The notes under the pieces were generated by a model that worked only from the letters and a program-made list of their open reading frames with translations, made no database searches and had not been told where the DNA came from. From Pelagomonas calceolata (taxonomy: Eukaryota), in assembly GCA_918797485.1 (NCBI GenBank), contig CAKKNE010000002.1, forward strand, positions 868,001 to 932,000: DNA of 64,000 bases. Direction: 5' to 3'. Position numbers and translations under genes: made by a program. Positions 31,401-42,666 of this stretch are shown here, one piece after another (within the stretch, counting starts at the first letter, position 1; the number at the start of each line of letters is the position of its first letter).

Positions 31401-34400
31401 GTGGCCCATAAATTCGGTAGGCCTACCAGGCCCGTCGTCGTCGCGCACCTCGAGGCACACGCCGTAATCTATAGGGTCAAATTCCGCGAAGCCGCCCGCA
31501 TTTTCACTCCATATATCGGGACACGTCCTGAGCTTCTCCAGCCTGAACGTCGAGGAAGCATCGCGGGGCCAGATGGGCGATAAGGTATCGTTTATGATAC
31601 TAGTAGTACCGATCTTCTCGCCGCCGTGATACCCCACCACAAACGGGTCCGACAGTGAGAAGGTGTCGCACTGCTTCAGGTTCTGGGCTCGTACGATATC
31701 AATTTCTATCGCGGATAATCTCGGTAACGTGTTATTGGAAGGTGCTACTGTCCTGGCGCCTCGGACACAAGCTATCAATTCAGCTAGATCCTTGGGCACT
31801 TCGCTTCTACATCGTAAATGCGCTCCTTTTAGCCACTTGCCCTTCCGATTGGGCACTTTGTTCATAGGTATATCTCGCGTGACACCATACAGGAGATCCT
31901 CGGTGGTCATCCTAGCCATGCCCAGCAGTCTTCTGGAGCCTACTTGTTCACAGTGTAACTCTAAAGATCCTTCTATCCTCGTGATAGGTACGTCCACATA
32001 TAAAGCGCCCTTGTCCCGCACGACGGGCAGGTCGTGCGCCTGCCAGCCGACCCATTTTGAGCGGACCTGCACCTTCTTGCGCTTGATCTTCTTCTTCGTT
32101 ATGTTTTTCAAGCTGGACTTCGCCGCATTCATGCCTCCCTGGGCGGTCGTGAGCGCTCCTTGGGCGCCCGACTGCGCGAGAGCCGCGAGCTGCGAAGGGT
32201 CCATCGCGGCGTCCTGGATGGCGAGAGCACCGAGTGCGACGTTCTTCTGGGCGGCCGCGGCCGTATCTTGTGCTAAAGCGAGAGCTGAAGAGCCCAGCGC
32301 GAGAGCGGAAGAGCCTGCACCTAGTATGCCCGCGGTCAGAGCGCCAGTTATCCCATCGTCGGCCTCGCCCTCTTCGTCGGCGCCATATTGAATACCTTCT
32401 AAATGTAAACGTACTCTAGCTAGTAATTGCGTCCGGATCTCCACAAAACCCGTCACCGGAGACTCGCCGGGCTGCGGTCGTAGCTCCCGTTGCAGAGGTC
32501 CCGTCGAATTCAGATACTCACTCACCGGAAAGATGGCCATACCTAAAGCATCATCCCCGTCCCCGAAGATTTTGCCCGCCGTCCCGTCGCTATCATAGAG
32601 CTCAACGACAATTTGATGGTCGCGGCACGTCGCATCCACTCGAACCGGAAATCTGAATGATTGCTGGCCCCACACAGGATCACAATTATTGTTCACCACG
32701 GATGTTCTCCCTATCGTTTTTAAACAGTGCTGGGGGCCGTACCTAATCGTCGCGTAGGGATCCGACGAGCCGCCGAGTAGCGAGATGTCGGCGTTTCTGA
32801 GTTTTCCGGCTCGCAAGACACAGACCTCGACGATGGCCGTCGGTCGCACGAAAAATCCCAAATCCTGGGGCTCCAGCTCATTCAGCAAAGTGTATTTTCG
32901 CTTCGTAGGTGACGGTCGCGGCGGCAAATCCATGGGAGTGAACATACTAGGGGGATGAATGGGCGGCGGCCGCGGGTCGCGCCACCAGCGTGGCACGGGT
33001 CTGAGCGTGCCGTCTTCCTTCGTCCGCTCTTTTTTACTAAGTCGCTCCCACCAGTATTTTCGGCCCGACTTCTTGTCGCGAGCTTGTCTTACGTCGCGGC
33101 CGGCCCACAACTCCAGGTCCGCGCGAGCCTTCTCCTTGTTGAGCTTTCTTATCTTGCGCTCCATCTCCTGGGCGGCCCTTGCTTTGTCTAGGGGGTCCTT
33201 TTGTCCATCAAGCGGCGCGCGCGGCCAAGCTACGGGCTCCATGCTCCCCGGGATGTAGGACGTCTCCACCTGCACGTCTAAAAAGCCGGACGCAACCGGA
33301 CCATTTACTGATGCGTTGAAGGCCGGCCCGAGCTCATACACATCCCCAGGGTGCGGCCTGAGTAGGTGCTCGTGCGGGATGACCGCACAACCAAGGAAGT
33401 CATCACTACCAACGAGGTCGTGGTCGAAGACTTCAATCAGCAAATCGGCGGCCTCGCCCTCGGTCGGCGCGTGCGTCGGCACCGTGAACTCGAAAACGGC
33501 GTTCCAGCACGGGTCGAGCGTCGAGTTACAAATTTTCGTCTTGGCCACTCGTTTGCCCTGATATTTCACAACACAGTAGGGGTCGGCGCGACCGCCCAAG
33601 ACACCTGAAACACCCCAATCTGCGGGTCTGATATCATGGGCCCCAGTCACGCGAAGTCGCACGCGCGCGACGTGCCACACCCTCACAAACATCAGCGCGC
33701 CGCCCGCCACAATGTGCTCCTCCAGCGTCTCCGGCTCGACCTTCTTCTTCATGGACTTGCCCTTGACCGCTCTACTCACATGTTTCTCCATGCGCGACCT
33801 GCGTCGAACGACGGCGTCGCGACACTGCGTAGACTCTCTGACGGCCCCATCGATTGTGTAGAGGTGGCATGACCTCGTGGCGACGCCATCTTCCCAAAGT
33901 TGAAGTTGAGAAATTGAAGGAAACCACGCTGAGTCACCGACTTGTGGAATTTCAGAAAGTGCATTTCCCGCTTGTGATACGCGTCGTTCCGCTGCCCGTG
34001 CATTTTTAAGCAATGTTCTCCTTCACACATGAGCTCCTCCCAGTGCATCGTCGCGCTGCCCATGGGCCGGTCGCGGCCGACGTCGTCGTCAAAAACGTTC
34101 AGCGTGACCACGTACTCGCTGGCCGACGTGCCTTGGGTCTCCTTGGCGTAGGTCGGCACGTTCTTGAGCGTGAAGGTCTCCTTGTCATTTTTATTGGTCC
34201 ATACCGGGTTGAGGGTGTTGGGCCTTGTCGAGGTTCGGCCTAATCTCTTCTTCTGCAGTCTCACAGACACGTACGGATCGGGTAGCATGAAATTGACCTT
34301 GCGATTGAGGAAACCCTTCTTGTTCTTCAAATTCGTACACTTCGTCACACAAAACTTGACCCAGCACCCATCTAAACGATTGGCCGTTTGCGCTTGCATC

Positions 34401-37400
34401 ACTCTCTTGCAGAGCCGTCTCCGCAGGTTGCAGATGGCCACGCTTTGTTCGACCTTGAAACTGAGCGTCCCGTGGGCCTGGCGCTTCTTCCTTCCATTAG
34501 CATCCTTGTCTAGGAGTCGTCGAGTGACGAGACCCCCCGTTTCCGCGGCTGTTACTAGTTCTGCAGGGTCAATAGCTACCAACCCCAAAAAATCATCGCC
34601 CAAAAAGTCGTGGTCCCAGACCTCCACGAGCACGGCCGCGAAAAGACTATCAGGTTGCGTCAGAGGTACGCTCAGGTTGAGCGTGAAGTTCCACCGCGGA
34701 TTCAGCGTTCGTTTCTCCGGGGCGCACCTTCCTACTGTTCTACAGCCAACGGCGGCCCACTTCACTTTCACATAGGGATCGCTCGTGCCCGACGGGTCCG
34801 CGGCCCGGATCTCGTCGGCCTGATTCACGCAGAGCTGCAGGCAGCCACAGACAGCACATCTCACTTCCAACCATCCTAACTTGGGATTGACATTTTTGGG
34901 GTCCCGCAGGAAGCGTTGGGACGGGCACTCCGGCTGCAACGCGTATCTTCTTATCACCGCGTCCGTGCACAGATCATCCGCGCCGAGCCGCACGAGGCCC
35001 ATCAACGTTTTACTGAAAAGATCCTGGTCCCAGACCTCGAGTCTTAACTCAACTCGTTCGCAAGGTAACCCTTTGTGGTTCAAGGGTACTTGGACCAAGA
35101 ACGATTCGTCTTTCCAGTGAGGTGACAAAGTGTCGAACTTCGTTTTTGTCTGGCCGATGACTTTGCCGTTACGACGTACGATCACGAACGGATCGGCGCC
35201 ACCGATCAGATCGGTTCTTAGTAGATTACCAGCTCTCAGTATATGTACCGTGACCTCCGCCTCCGGCGGCTGCTGGCCGCCATGCTCGACCAACGGCATA
35301 TACTGGATGCGCTGCGCCTTCTTCGGCTCGGCCACACCAAAGGGGATGTAGAAAGCCCTCAAGTTGAGTTCCGCGTAGCCCTGCGGCGCCGGGTCCTCGG
35401 ACATGCCCGGCCGCCGCGTGAGGTAGTGCGGCACGCCCGGCGACGGGAAGGCCGCGTCCAGGCGTGATACGGATACTAACCCGAGGAAATCATCTTGGGA
35501 AAGTAAATCCTCCTCCCAGATCTCCACATGTAAAAAATCGAAGAGAATCTCGTCCTCCTCGGGGTCTAATGGGACAGAGAATGAAGCGGGTTTTTCAGGA
35601 CCGTACCAGAGCGGATCGAGTTGATTTGAGGCCGTCGACGACTTCCCTAACACCTCGCGGCCCCACTTGAACAAGCAATACGCATCGGGCACGTCAAACA
35701 CATCTCTCTGAGGTAAATGACTGGCCTCATAGGCCCTAGCATGCACAATGACCTCATGCGTAATCTTGATCACAACGACGCCTTGCGCAGCATAGCGCTG
35801 CGACTTGTTACCTCTGTAGCCCGGTCGCTCCTTCAGCTTCAACTTCTTAACCCCAGGCGTCATGAGCTCTCGCCACGACACGCGCGCGAAGCCCAGAAAG
35901 TCTTTCGACACCGCGTCGTCGTCGAAGACCTCGATGTGCACGTCGACCGCCGGCTCGCCCTTACCAGCCGCTTCGGCTGCTAATTTATCAGCTTGTAATT
36001 TCAACGCGCGACTCGCCTCGGGGTCCGTTTCTCCCGCCGCTACTTGTGGAGCATCGTCGTCACTCTCAGAATCTTCCTGCTTCTTCGGCCTTCGTCGTTT
36101 GAACCACGAACTCCTTTTGGGTTCGAAATAGTCGGGATCAGACTTCTCGACGACTCGCGTCGGGATATCAGTTAATACAAATAAGTTTTTTGAATCCCAG
36201 ACGGGGTGCGTCGTCGAATCGCAAGATGGAGTTCTTCCTAATTTATGACCATCTCGGAAGACGACCGCATACGGATCACCGGCGCACGTCGCGAAGCAGT
36301 CCGCCTTCCTGAGCCCGTCGGCCCGTAAAACCTTCAGGCGCACGTGGCACCGCGGTAGGTCATTGCGTGTGAGTGTTTTGGAGGTCACATACGCCGTGTT
36401 CTTCTGGCACAGGTCCATGATGCCCGGTGGAGTAAAGATACGTAACTGAATCGTCCCCTGCACGGCCTCGCCCTTTTTCCGCGGCTGCAGGGGTTTTACT
36501 ACTTTCGCCATCGTTCGTTGTCTCACAATAAACGAACCGTCCAAATTAACTTGTCCGAGGAAATCATCACTGCCAAAATAGTCGTCGTCCCACACAGAAA
36601 TTTGTATAAACCCGCCGTGCACCGGTCGGATGAGTGGAATCGCTACCAAAAAGGCGTGGTTCCAGTCCGGGGAGAGACTATCGGAGATCGTTCGTGTTTG
36701 AGATAATTTGCGAGAGTTGTGGCCGACCCACCTGGCAATGGCATAAGGGTCGCTCGCGCCGCCGAGCGCGCCGTCTGCGGCCAGCAGGTGCTTCGCGCAG
36801 TCCACGAAGATGGCCACGACGCCGCTCACATGGATGCGCACCGTCAAGTGGCCCGTCGTCAACGCTCGTTTTTCTGGCGGCGAGTCGGGGTGGGGCACCA
36901 GTGCTTTCTCGAGCGGCTGGAGTCGCGGCTCCAGCAATTCTTCCCTGGACAATTGAACCATGCCTAAAGCATCATCCCCGCCCACATCATAGTCCCAGAC
37001 GCCTAGTCGCACGCCCTGGAAGGCGTCACTCATCAAATCGAACGTCACGCGCAGCACCTCGTTCCATCGTGGTGACAATGTTTGGCTCTTCCAGGCCGTC
37101 TTTCCTATCTCTTCAGGTGTCTTTGTAGATGATAATGCATGCCCTTTCACGTAGGGGTCGCTCTTCGACGAAAATACGCCTATATCGGCGCCTCGTAGAC
37201 CTCGGGCCGATAGAATACAAATCTCGACCTCTACTAGTTCCCGTTTTTCTTGCTCGTACCTGAGAGCGTCCTGGGCCTTGATGGCGGCCGTCTCGGCCTC
37301 CTTGGCCTTCTCTTGCGCCTCTTTTTCGATGCGCTCTGAGACTTTAGGCTCATCTTCAGCGACTGTGCGCGGCGTCGCCGTCTCGTCGGACTCCTCGCCG

Positions 37401-38747
37401 TCGAGTTCCTTTTCCTTGGTCTCTTCCTTCGGTTCCGTTAGTACCGAAACGGTGTCTAGAGACTTTCGTTCCAGCGAGCCGGACTCGTCGACCGTGGTCA
37501 AAGAATCTTCGCGCAGAGTTGGCGTGGTATTGGTATAACTCTCCCACTCCGACGACTCCGCATCCGCAGGTGCCGGGGCTTCCGCTTCCGCGTCTGGAGA
37601 AGCGATAGAGAAAGCTAGCGACGAGTCATCCATGGGAGAAGCTCCGGGAAACGTGTCGCCGTCGTGAAGCAGCACCTCGCCCTCGCCCCCCAATTCTTCG
37701 GCGAGAGATGTGGTCTGCAGGGACGTATCCTCGGGCAATGACGTCTGGACGCTTGACTGGTGGAAGAACGGCTCCTCGAGCGGCGACGCGTCGGAGCCCA
37801 ACGGCGAGCCCAACGAACTGCGCGACCCGGGCTTGTACGGCGACGTGTTCGGTCGCGACGAGGCCGGCGACGACCAGCCGGACTCACTCCCTTCCGCCAC
37901 GGGCGTCATCGGCCGAAAACCCAATCGGCGGTGCCACAGGTCCTCGTCGTCGTAGTCGCCGTCGTCGCTATACGGCGACTCCGGCCGGTCGTCGTCGTAG
38001 TCGTAGGAGTCGTCGTCGTAGTAGGTCGGAGACATGGGCCTTTCCTCAAAAGGTAACTCGTCTTCTATCGTACCGGACGCGGTCGACGCGTGGGAGTCGA
38101 AGAAGCCGCCGGCGTCGTCGTCCTGGTCGTCCTCCTCGGGCGTCATGGACCTCTCGCTATAGTCGGAGCCTCCACTGCTGGGTCTGGAGTCGTAGGTGCC
38201 CGCGCTCGACGGTCGGAACGAATCACTGCTACCGGGCCGGTCGTAGGAACCGCCTGACGACGGCCGCATATCAGGGCCGACGACGCGCACAGTAAGCTGC
38301 GGTTTTTTGGGCGGGATCGGCGGCGCCGCCTTCGACTCTGGAACAGGTGGCATCGGCTTCTTGGCAGGGGCCTGTGTGGAAATCAAAATTTTACGGCGCG
38401 TTCGTGCTGAATTTTCGCGTCGTCCTCCACGCCATCGACGCGACGCCTGCTCGATGGCTTGGCGATGCCGATTCCTCGCCGCTCGACGGAACCAGCGCGG
38501 CCACGCCATCGCCGAGACATGACTTAGTGAAGAATTATCGGGTGCACCCGACGCGCTGGTTGATTTCCACACAGGCTGGGGCCTTCCTCCCACCTTTCGG
38601 ATTGAACTTGGCCTTGGTCTTGGCCTGGGGCTTGGGCCGGCCCCTGTCCTTCGTGGGCTTGGGCGGCCGGCGCCCGCGCTTGAGGGGGCTCGAGCCGCCA
38701 CTGGAGACGCTCGCATAGGACGCGTCGTCCTTCGACTCGTCGGCCAT
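25403..38747 (-). CDS. Giant multi-C2/WW/FN3/EF-hand protein, about 4161 aa; exons 38747-38583, 38371-33942, 33798-29196, 29033-28436, 28273-28097, 28046-26291, 26159-25403
   Basis: Six minus-strand ORFs join in phase via G[TC]-AG introns (12486 nt, divisible by 3). There are about 14 clear C2 motifs (e.g. ARGLRGADIGVFSSKSDPYV..VWDYDVGGDDALG), WW motifs (LPEGWKQVEPPDGSKTYYYNVKTRQTTWDRP), an FN3 domain (YRFRVYSHNDVGLSTPS) and EF-hands (DLDGSGAIDIGEL, DFDRSGEIDFDEF). Confidence 0.85.
29040..29176. repeat. AT-rich (TA/TG) microsatellite tracts inside intron 29195->29034
   Basis: TATGTATATG..., ATATATATGTATATG and (TG)7 flank a GC-rich core containing GCATCGATGGCGT. Confidence 0.8.
38372..38574. 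mobile_element. Introner element, 203 bp (longest copy); forms GC-AG intron 38582->38372
   Basis: Intact 15-bp TIRs; TSD GCAGGGGC (38364-38371) / GCTGGGGC (38575-38582), 7/8 match. Confidence 0.93.
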
Positions 38748-38846
38748 CGTAGGGCTTGCCGATTGGCAGGGTTTCAGGTGGCTGGCGCCATCGGGGCTGC
38801 CCAATATCCCCGGCGGCAGCAGAGCTGTCCTCCGTTTTACGCTGGG

Positions 38847-38873
38847 TTTGCTAGAGTGTTACATGTCGCTAGC
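38847..38873 (-). promoter_or_regulatory. 27-bp CTAG-CTAG motif
   Basis: TTTGCTAGAGTGTTACATGTCGCTAGC, between the C2 gene and the cullin. Confidence 0.65.
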
Positions 38874-39039
38874 GGCATCAGTTGCTCGACGTTTTTGGGA
38901 GCTCCGATAGGCGTGCGTGCCGACGCGAGGCAGCTCCGAGAGCGCGTGCGGGCTGCCGGATAGACAAGCGGAGCATGGCTGCGCCGGCGTAGATACCTGA
39001 TAAGTGGTATTTATAGCTCGTGAGGCTGCCCCAGTAGCA

Positions 39040-41118
39040 ATGAATACCTGGCAGCTCACGAGCTACGACGAGACCTGGGCCTTCCTGCGCACCGGCATCG
39101 AGCATACCTTCTCTGACGAGAAAGCGGACCCGCAGCGGCCCTGCGCCCGGGAACTATCGAGAGTCGTCCGCGAGGTCGTCCAGGTCCGCCGCTGGGAGAA
39201 AGAGTTATATAACGCTTTATGTGAGGAGCTCCAATCGCAAGCCGACGCTTGTGTCTCACGATGTACTGACGTAACGACGGTCGCGGCGGCGTGGCGCTCC
39301 TTTTCATCATCTCTGGGGACGGTCGTGACGGTCTTCCGATGCCTGGACGCGGCGCTACGCGTGGGCCTGGATCCCGTGTATCGCGTGGGCACGACATGTC
39401 TGAGGCGGTCGCTTGAACAGAGAGGCCTCTACGAGCCACTAGTGAGGGAACTCGTGCAAATGACGCGGGCGCGCCTCGACGAAGGAACGATAAATGACTG
39501 CCGGGCCTGCGTCGAGTGTCTACGGAAGTTGGACTGGTACTCTTCAACAGATTCAGAGGGCCCCTACCTCGAGGAGCTCGTGCTGCGAGACGCGCGCGAC
39601 CGTTTTACCAGAGAGGCGTGCGCGCCGGCGCAATGTTGTCGAGAGTACGTCCGACGTGTCGGTGCCGCGCTCGACGCCTGCGCCGCGACGTTCCTCTCAT
39701 CTACAACGGTGCCGCTCCTGGAATCTGTGGTTGTTGAGCATTTGGTAGCGCCCGCTATTGCGCACGTCGTGGCGAGCGGCGCCGGCGCTCTGTTGGACGA
39801 GGCGCTTGGTGGGGACGCGTCGGCCGTGCATGTACTGACGCGGCTCGGCGGCCTTTGTAGACGCGGCGACGCTTTGTGTGATCTGCAGCGGGCCGTGTCG
39901 ACGCACGCGGCGAAGCTGGCTCGTCAAACGCTGTCGGCGCCGGACGAGCGCGTCGGTTTCGAAGTACTAAAGCTCCTGGACGCTCTGACGACTATCGTCG
40001 AGGCGGCCTTCACGATAGAATCTGTGGAGGCGGTCCCGACGGACGTCTGGGACGCCTTTAATCGCAAAGAAGAGACACCTGCGACCTGGGGCGCGAAGTG
40101 CGTCGAGGACGCCATGGAAGCGGCGCTCAATGAGGAGGATGAACGCTTCGCCGTCTGCGCGGCGCGCTGCTTCGACGCGACGCTGCGCACTGATAAAACA
40201 CCGAGCCTGCGCCTCTTCCGGCTGTGTCGGGCCAAGGACGTCTTCGAAGCGACTTATCGAGCGGACCTGGGGTTGCGGCTGCTGGGGCACCTCACCACGA
40301 AAACGTCACATGGCGCATTGGGCCGCGAGCACGACGCCATCAAATCTCTTGAAAACGAGTGCGGCGCGTCCTATGTCGCAAAACTCGAAGGCATGTGCGT
40401 TGATGCGTTACGGAGCCGCGCCATGGTCAAGGGCTTTGCCCATGCCATCGCGAACCCGACGTTGCTAACAAGGGGGCCCTGGCCGGCCTATCCCGAGTGT
40501 ACGCTGGTGCTCCCGCCTCTCCTGGCCCGGGCCAAGGTCGAATTTGAACAATGGTACGCGTCGCACCACCAGGGCCGGAAGCTGCACTGGCACTGTGACC
40601 TAGGGTCCTGTGCCGTCCAGGCGAAGTACGCAACCGATACGCTGGTGTTGGACGTCGTGCCGGCGCAGGCCTGCTTCCTCTTAGTTCTTGATGATGGTGT
40701 TTGTTTATCGCGAGAGGCGCTCTCCACAAAAGTCGGGCTCGACGGCGCCTCTTTTGACACCGTCGCTGCTTCATTAATCGAGGCGCGGCTGATCGTGTGC
40801 GAGGATGATGTGTATGAGGCGACCCGGAAAAGGCCTGTGAACGGCACCGTCGCGCCGCCGCGCCACGACGCCGCGGCGCCGCTCCGGGCGCGCGTCGCCG
40901 ACGCGGTGCGCAAGGACCGCGCGTACGCTGTGGATGCGGCGATTGTGCGCGTCATGAAGGCGCGGCGGACGCTGCCGCAGAAGCGGCTGGTCGCCGACGT
41001 GCTGCGCGCGCTCGTGCACCCCGCGGCGGAAGGCGATGTCATGGCGCGCGTGGAGTCGCTCGTCGAGCGGGAGTACCTGGAGTCTTCTTCTCCGGGGGTG
41101 TTTAATTATTTACCGTAA
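39040..41118 (+). CDS. Divergent cullin (most CUL4-like)
   Basis: KDVFEATYRADLGLRLL, LENECGASYVAKLEGMCVD, LLTRGPWPAY, GRKLHW..LG; C-terminal DRAYAVDAAIVRVMKARRTL..RVESLVEREYL..FNYLP. Confidence 0.9.
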   Translation: MNTWQLTSYDETWAFLRTGIEHTFSDEKADPQRPCARELSRVVREVVQVRRWEKELYNALCEELQSQADACVSRCTDVTTVAAAWRSFSSSLGTVVTVFRCLDAALRVGLDPVYRVGTTCLRRSLEQRGLYEPLVRELVQMTRARLDEGTINDCRACVECLRKLDWYSSTDSEGPYLEELVLRDARDRFTREACAPAQCCREYVRRVGAALDACAATFLSSTTVPLLESVVVEHLVAPAIAHVVASGAGALLDEALGGDASAVHVLTRLGGLCRRGDALCDLQRAVSTHAAKLARQTLSAPDERVGFEVLKLLDALTTIVEAAFTIESVEAVPTDVWDAFNRKEETPATWGAKCVEDAMEAALNEEDERFAVCAARCFDATLRTDKTPSLRLFRLCRAKDVFEATYRADLGLRLLGHLTTKTSHGALGREHDAIKSLENECGASYVAKLEGMCVDALRSRAMVKGFAHAIANPTLLTRGPWPAYPECTLVLPPLLARAKVEFEQWYASHHQGRKLHWHCDLGSCAVQAKYATDTLVLDVVPAQACFLLVLDDGVCLSREALSTKVGLDGASFDTVAASLIEARLIVCEDDVYEATRKRPVNGTVAPPRHDAAAPLRARVADAVRKDRAYAVDAAIVRVMKARRTLPQKRLVADVLRALVHPAAEGDVMARVESLVEREYLESSSPGVFNYLP

Positions 41119-41126
41119 TGTCCTTG

Positions 41127-42335
41127 TTAGTCACCAACGCCATCCCGCCGCCGCAGCTCCGCCAGCCGCACGTCGTCCCCGCTCACGAACTCCGCCTCCG
41201 CGAAGCGCGCCACCGCGGCGGCGGCGCGCGCGAGGGCCGCCTCGGGGTCGGCCTCGGCGGCGCACGGCCGCGACGCGAAGGTCTTCATGGCCTTCGGGTC
41301 GCCGGCTAGATCATTGCGCGCCGCCGCCTGCGCGTCACTAGACAAAAACGCGTCGTACGCGCCGCGGTCCAGATCCAGCAGCGTCGCCAGCGCGGCGTCG
41401 TCGCCGGCAGGCACAATGGCAAAAGTAGCGTCGCGCCGGTACCACTTGAGCTGCTCGGCGGCGTAGTTCCTAGATGCCGTGCGAAACTGGCGGCAGAAGG
41501 CGACGTAGCTTTCGAGCGACGCGTCCGCTTCCCCAGAAACGCGCGCCTCCAGATAATCCAGGGCCTGGCGGTAGCCGATGGCGCGCGCCGCCGTCGACGA
41601 CGAAGGCAGCCGCCCCGCCGCTCTTAGATTAGCCGTCTCCTCCAAGAGGCCGCGCGCGAGCATAATGTCGCACCTTTCATCAATAGCGTGGTACAACGCG
41701 GTCCGGTCCGCCGGCGCCAGGAACGCGCAGCGCACGTCAAAATCACTTCCCAGGACCGGCCGGCGCGCTTCGACACTCCCGCCGCCGGCCTCCCGATCGA
41801 GCTCGATCTCCAGCGCGCGCGACAGGCGGTAGAAGTCGTTCTGCGAGAGCTTCGCGACGCGCGCCGCGCACGCTTCCGAACGCGCAGCAACCGCGCTCAG
41901 AGCACTTTCCCAGTCGTCGCCGTACGGTGCTAGGAATTCTTGAGCCGAGGCCGCCGCTGTAGCGGACGCCTTGGGCGCGTCCGGCGCGCCCCGCACGAGC
42001 CATTGCGCGTACATCATCGTGCCGCCGACGACGACTGGCAGTTTTCCTCGTTTCACTACATCACCGACCGCCTCGGCCGCGGCGGCGCACCACGCGCCGG
42101 CGGACCAGGGTTCTGATGCGTCCGCGACGTCGACCAAGTGGTGGCGCACCCTTTGTAGTTCCGCCGGCGACGGCTTGTTGGAGCCGACGTCGAGGCCGCG
42201 GTAGAGCTGCACGCTGTCCGCGCTGACCAACTCGCCGTCCCTGGCTTCGCACAGTCTTAAGGCAGCGCTGGACTTGCCGACGGCGGTCGGGCCCGCGACG
42301 ACCAGCACGCGCGCCGGCGGGGCCATGGCACTCAT
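41127..42335 (-). CDS. miaA: tRNA dimethylallyltransferase
   Basis: VVAGPTAVGKS, ELVSADSVQLYRGLDVGSNKPS, HHLVDV, VVGGTMMY, RLSRALE, AIGYRQ, RNYAAEQLKWYR; start uncertain. Confidence 0.93.
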   Translation of the reverse strand: MSAMAPPARVLVVAGPTAVGKSSAALRLCEARDGELVSADSVQLYRGLDVGSNKPSPAELQRVRHHLVDVADASEPWSAGAWCAAAAEAVGDVVKRGKLPVVVGGTMMYAQWLVRGAPDAPKASATAAASAQEFLAPYGDDWESALSAVAARSEACAARVAKLSQNDFYRLSRALEIELDREAGGGSVEARRPVLGSDFDVRCAFLAPADRTALYHAIDERCDIMLARGLLEETANLRAAGRLPSSSTAARAIGYRQALDYLEARVSGEADASLESYVAFCRQFRTASRNYAAEQLKWYRRDATFAIVPAGDDAALATLLDLDRGAYDAFLSSDAQAAARNDLAGDPKAMKTFASRPCAAEADPEAALARAAAAVARFAEAEFVSGDDVRLAELRRRDGVGD

Positions 42336-42482
42336 GGCGCCGGCCAGCGCGCGTGCTGCGGCAGCCGTGATTAAGACTCGCGCCGTCGTGCAAGGTGATG
42401 CATGCACGACTCCTAGGACGCCGTGCACAGTACACTCGTGCAGGTTATGCGGTCATGCGGCTGCTGCTGCGAGCAACAATCG

Positions 42483-42507
42483 GCTAGCGGCGTAAGACAC
42501 TAGCAAA
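42483..42507 (+). promoter_or_regulatory. 27-bp CTAG-CTAG motif (2-nt shorter)
   Basis: GCTAGCGGCGTAAGACACTAGCAAA, upstream of miaA. Confidence 0.65.
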
Positions 42508-42666
42508 CTTGCGCGCACGCGTCTAGCGCACGCGAATACGCGAGGCGTCGGATGCGCGTCTGGTCGGTTCCTATTTTTTACACAAGGTTTTACTGCGGCT
42601 CCGGCCCGTCGGCTACCTCTAGCCACCCGCGCCCGGCGCCGCCGCGCGACCCGTCACGTGTCCGCT

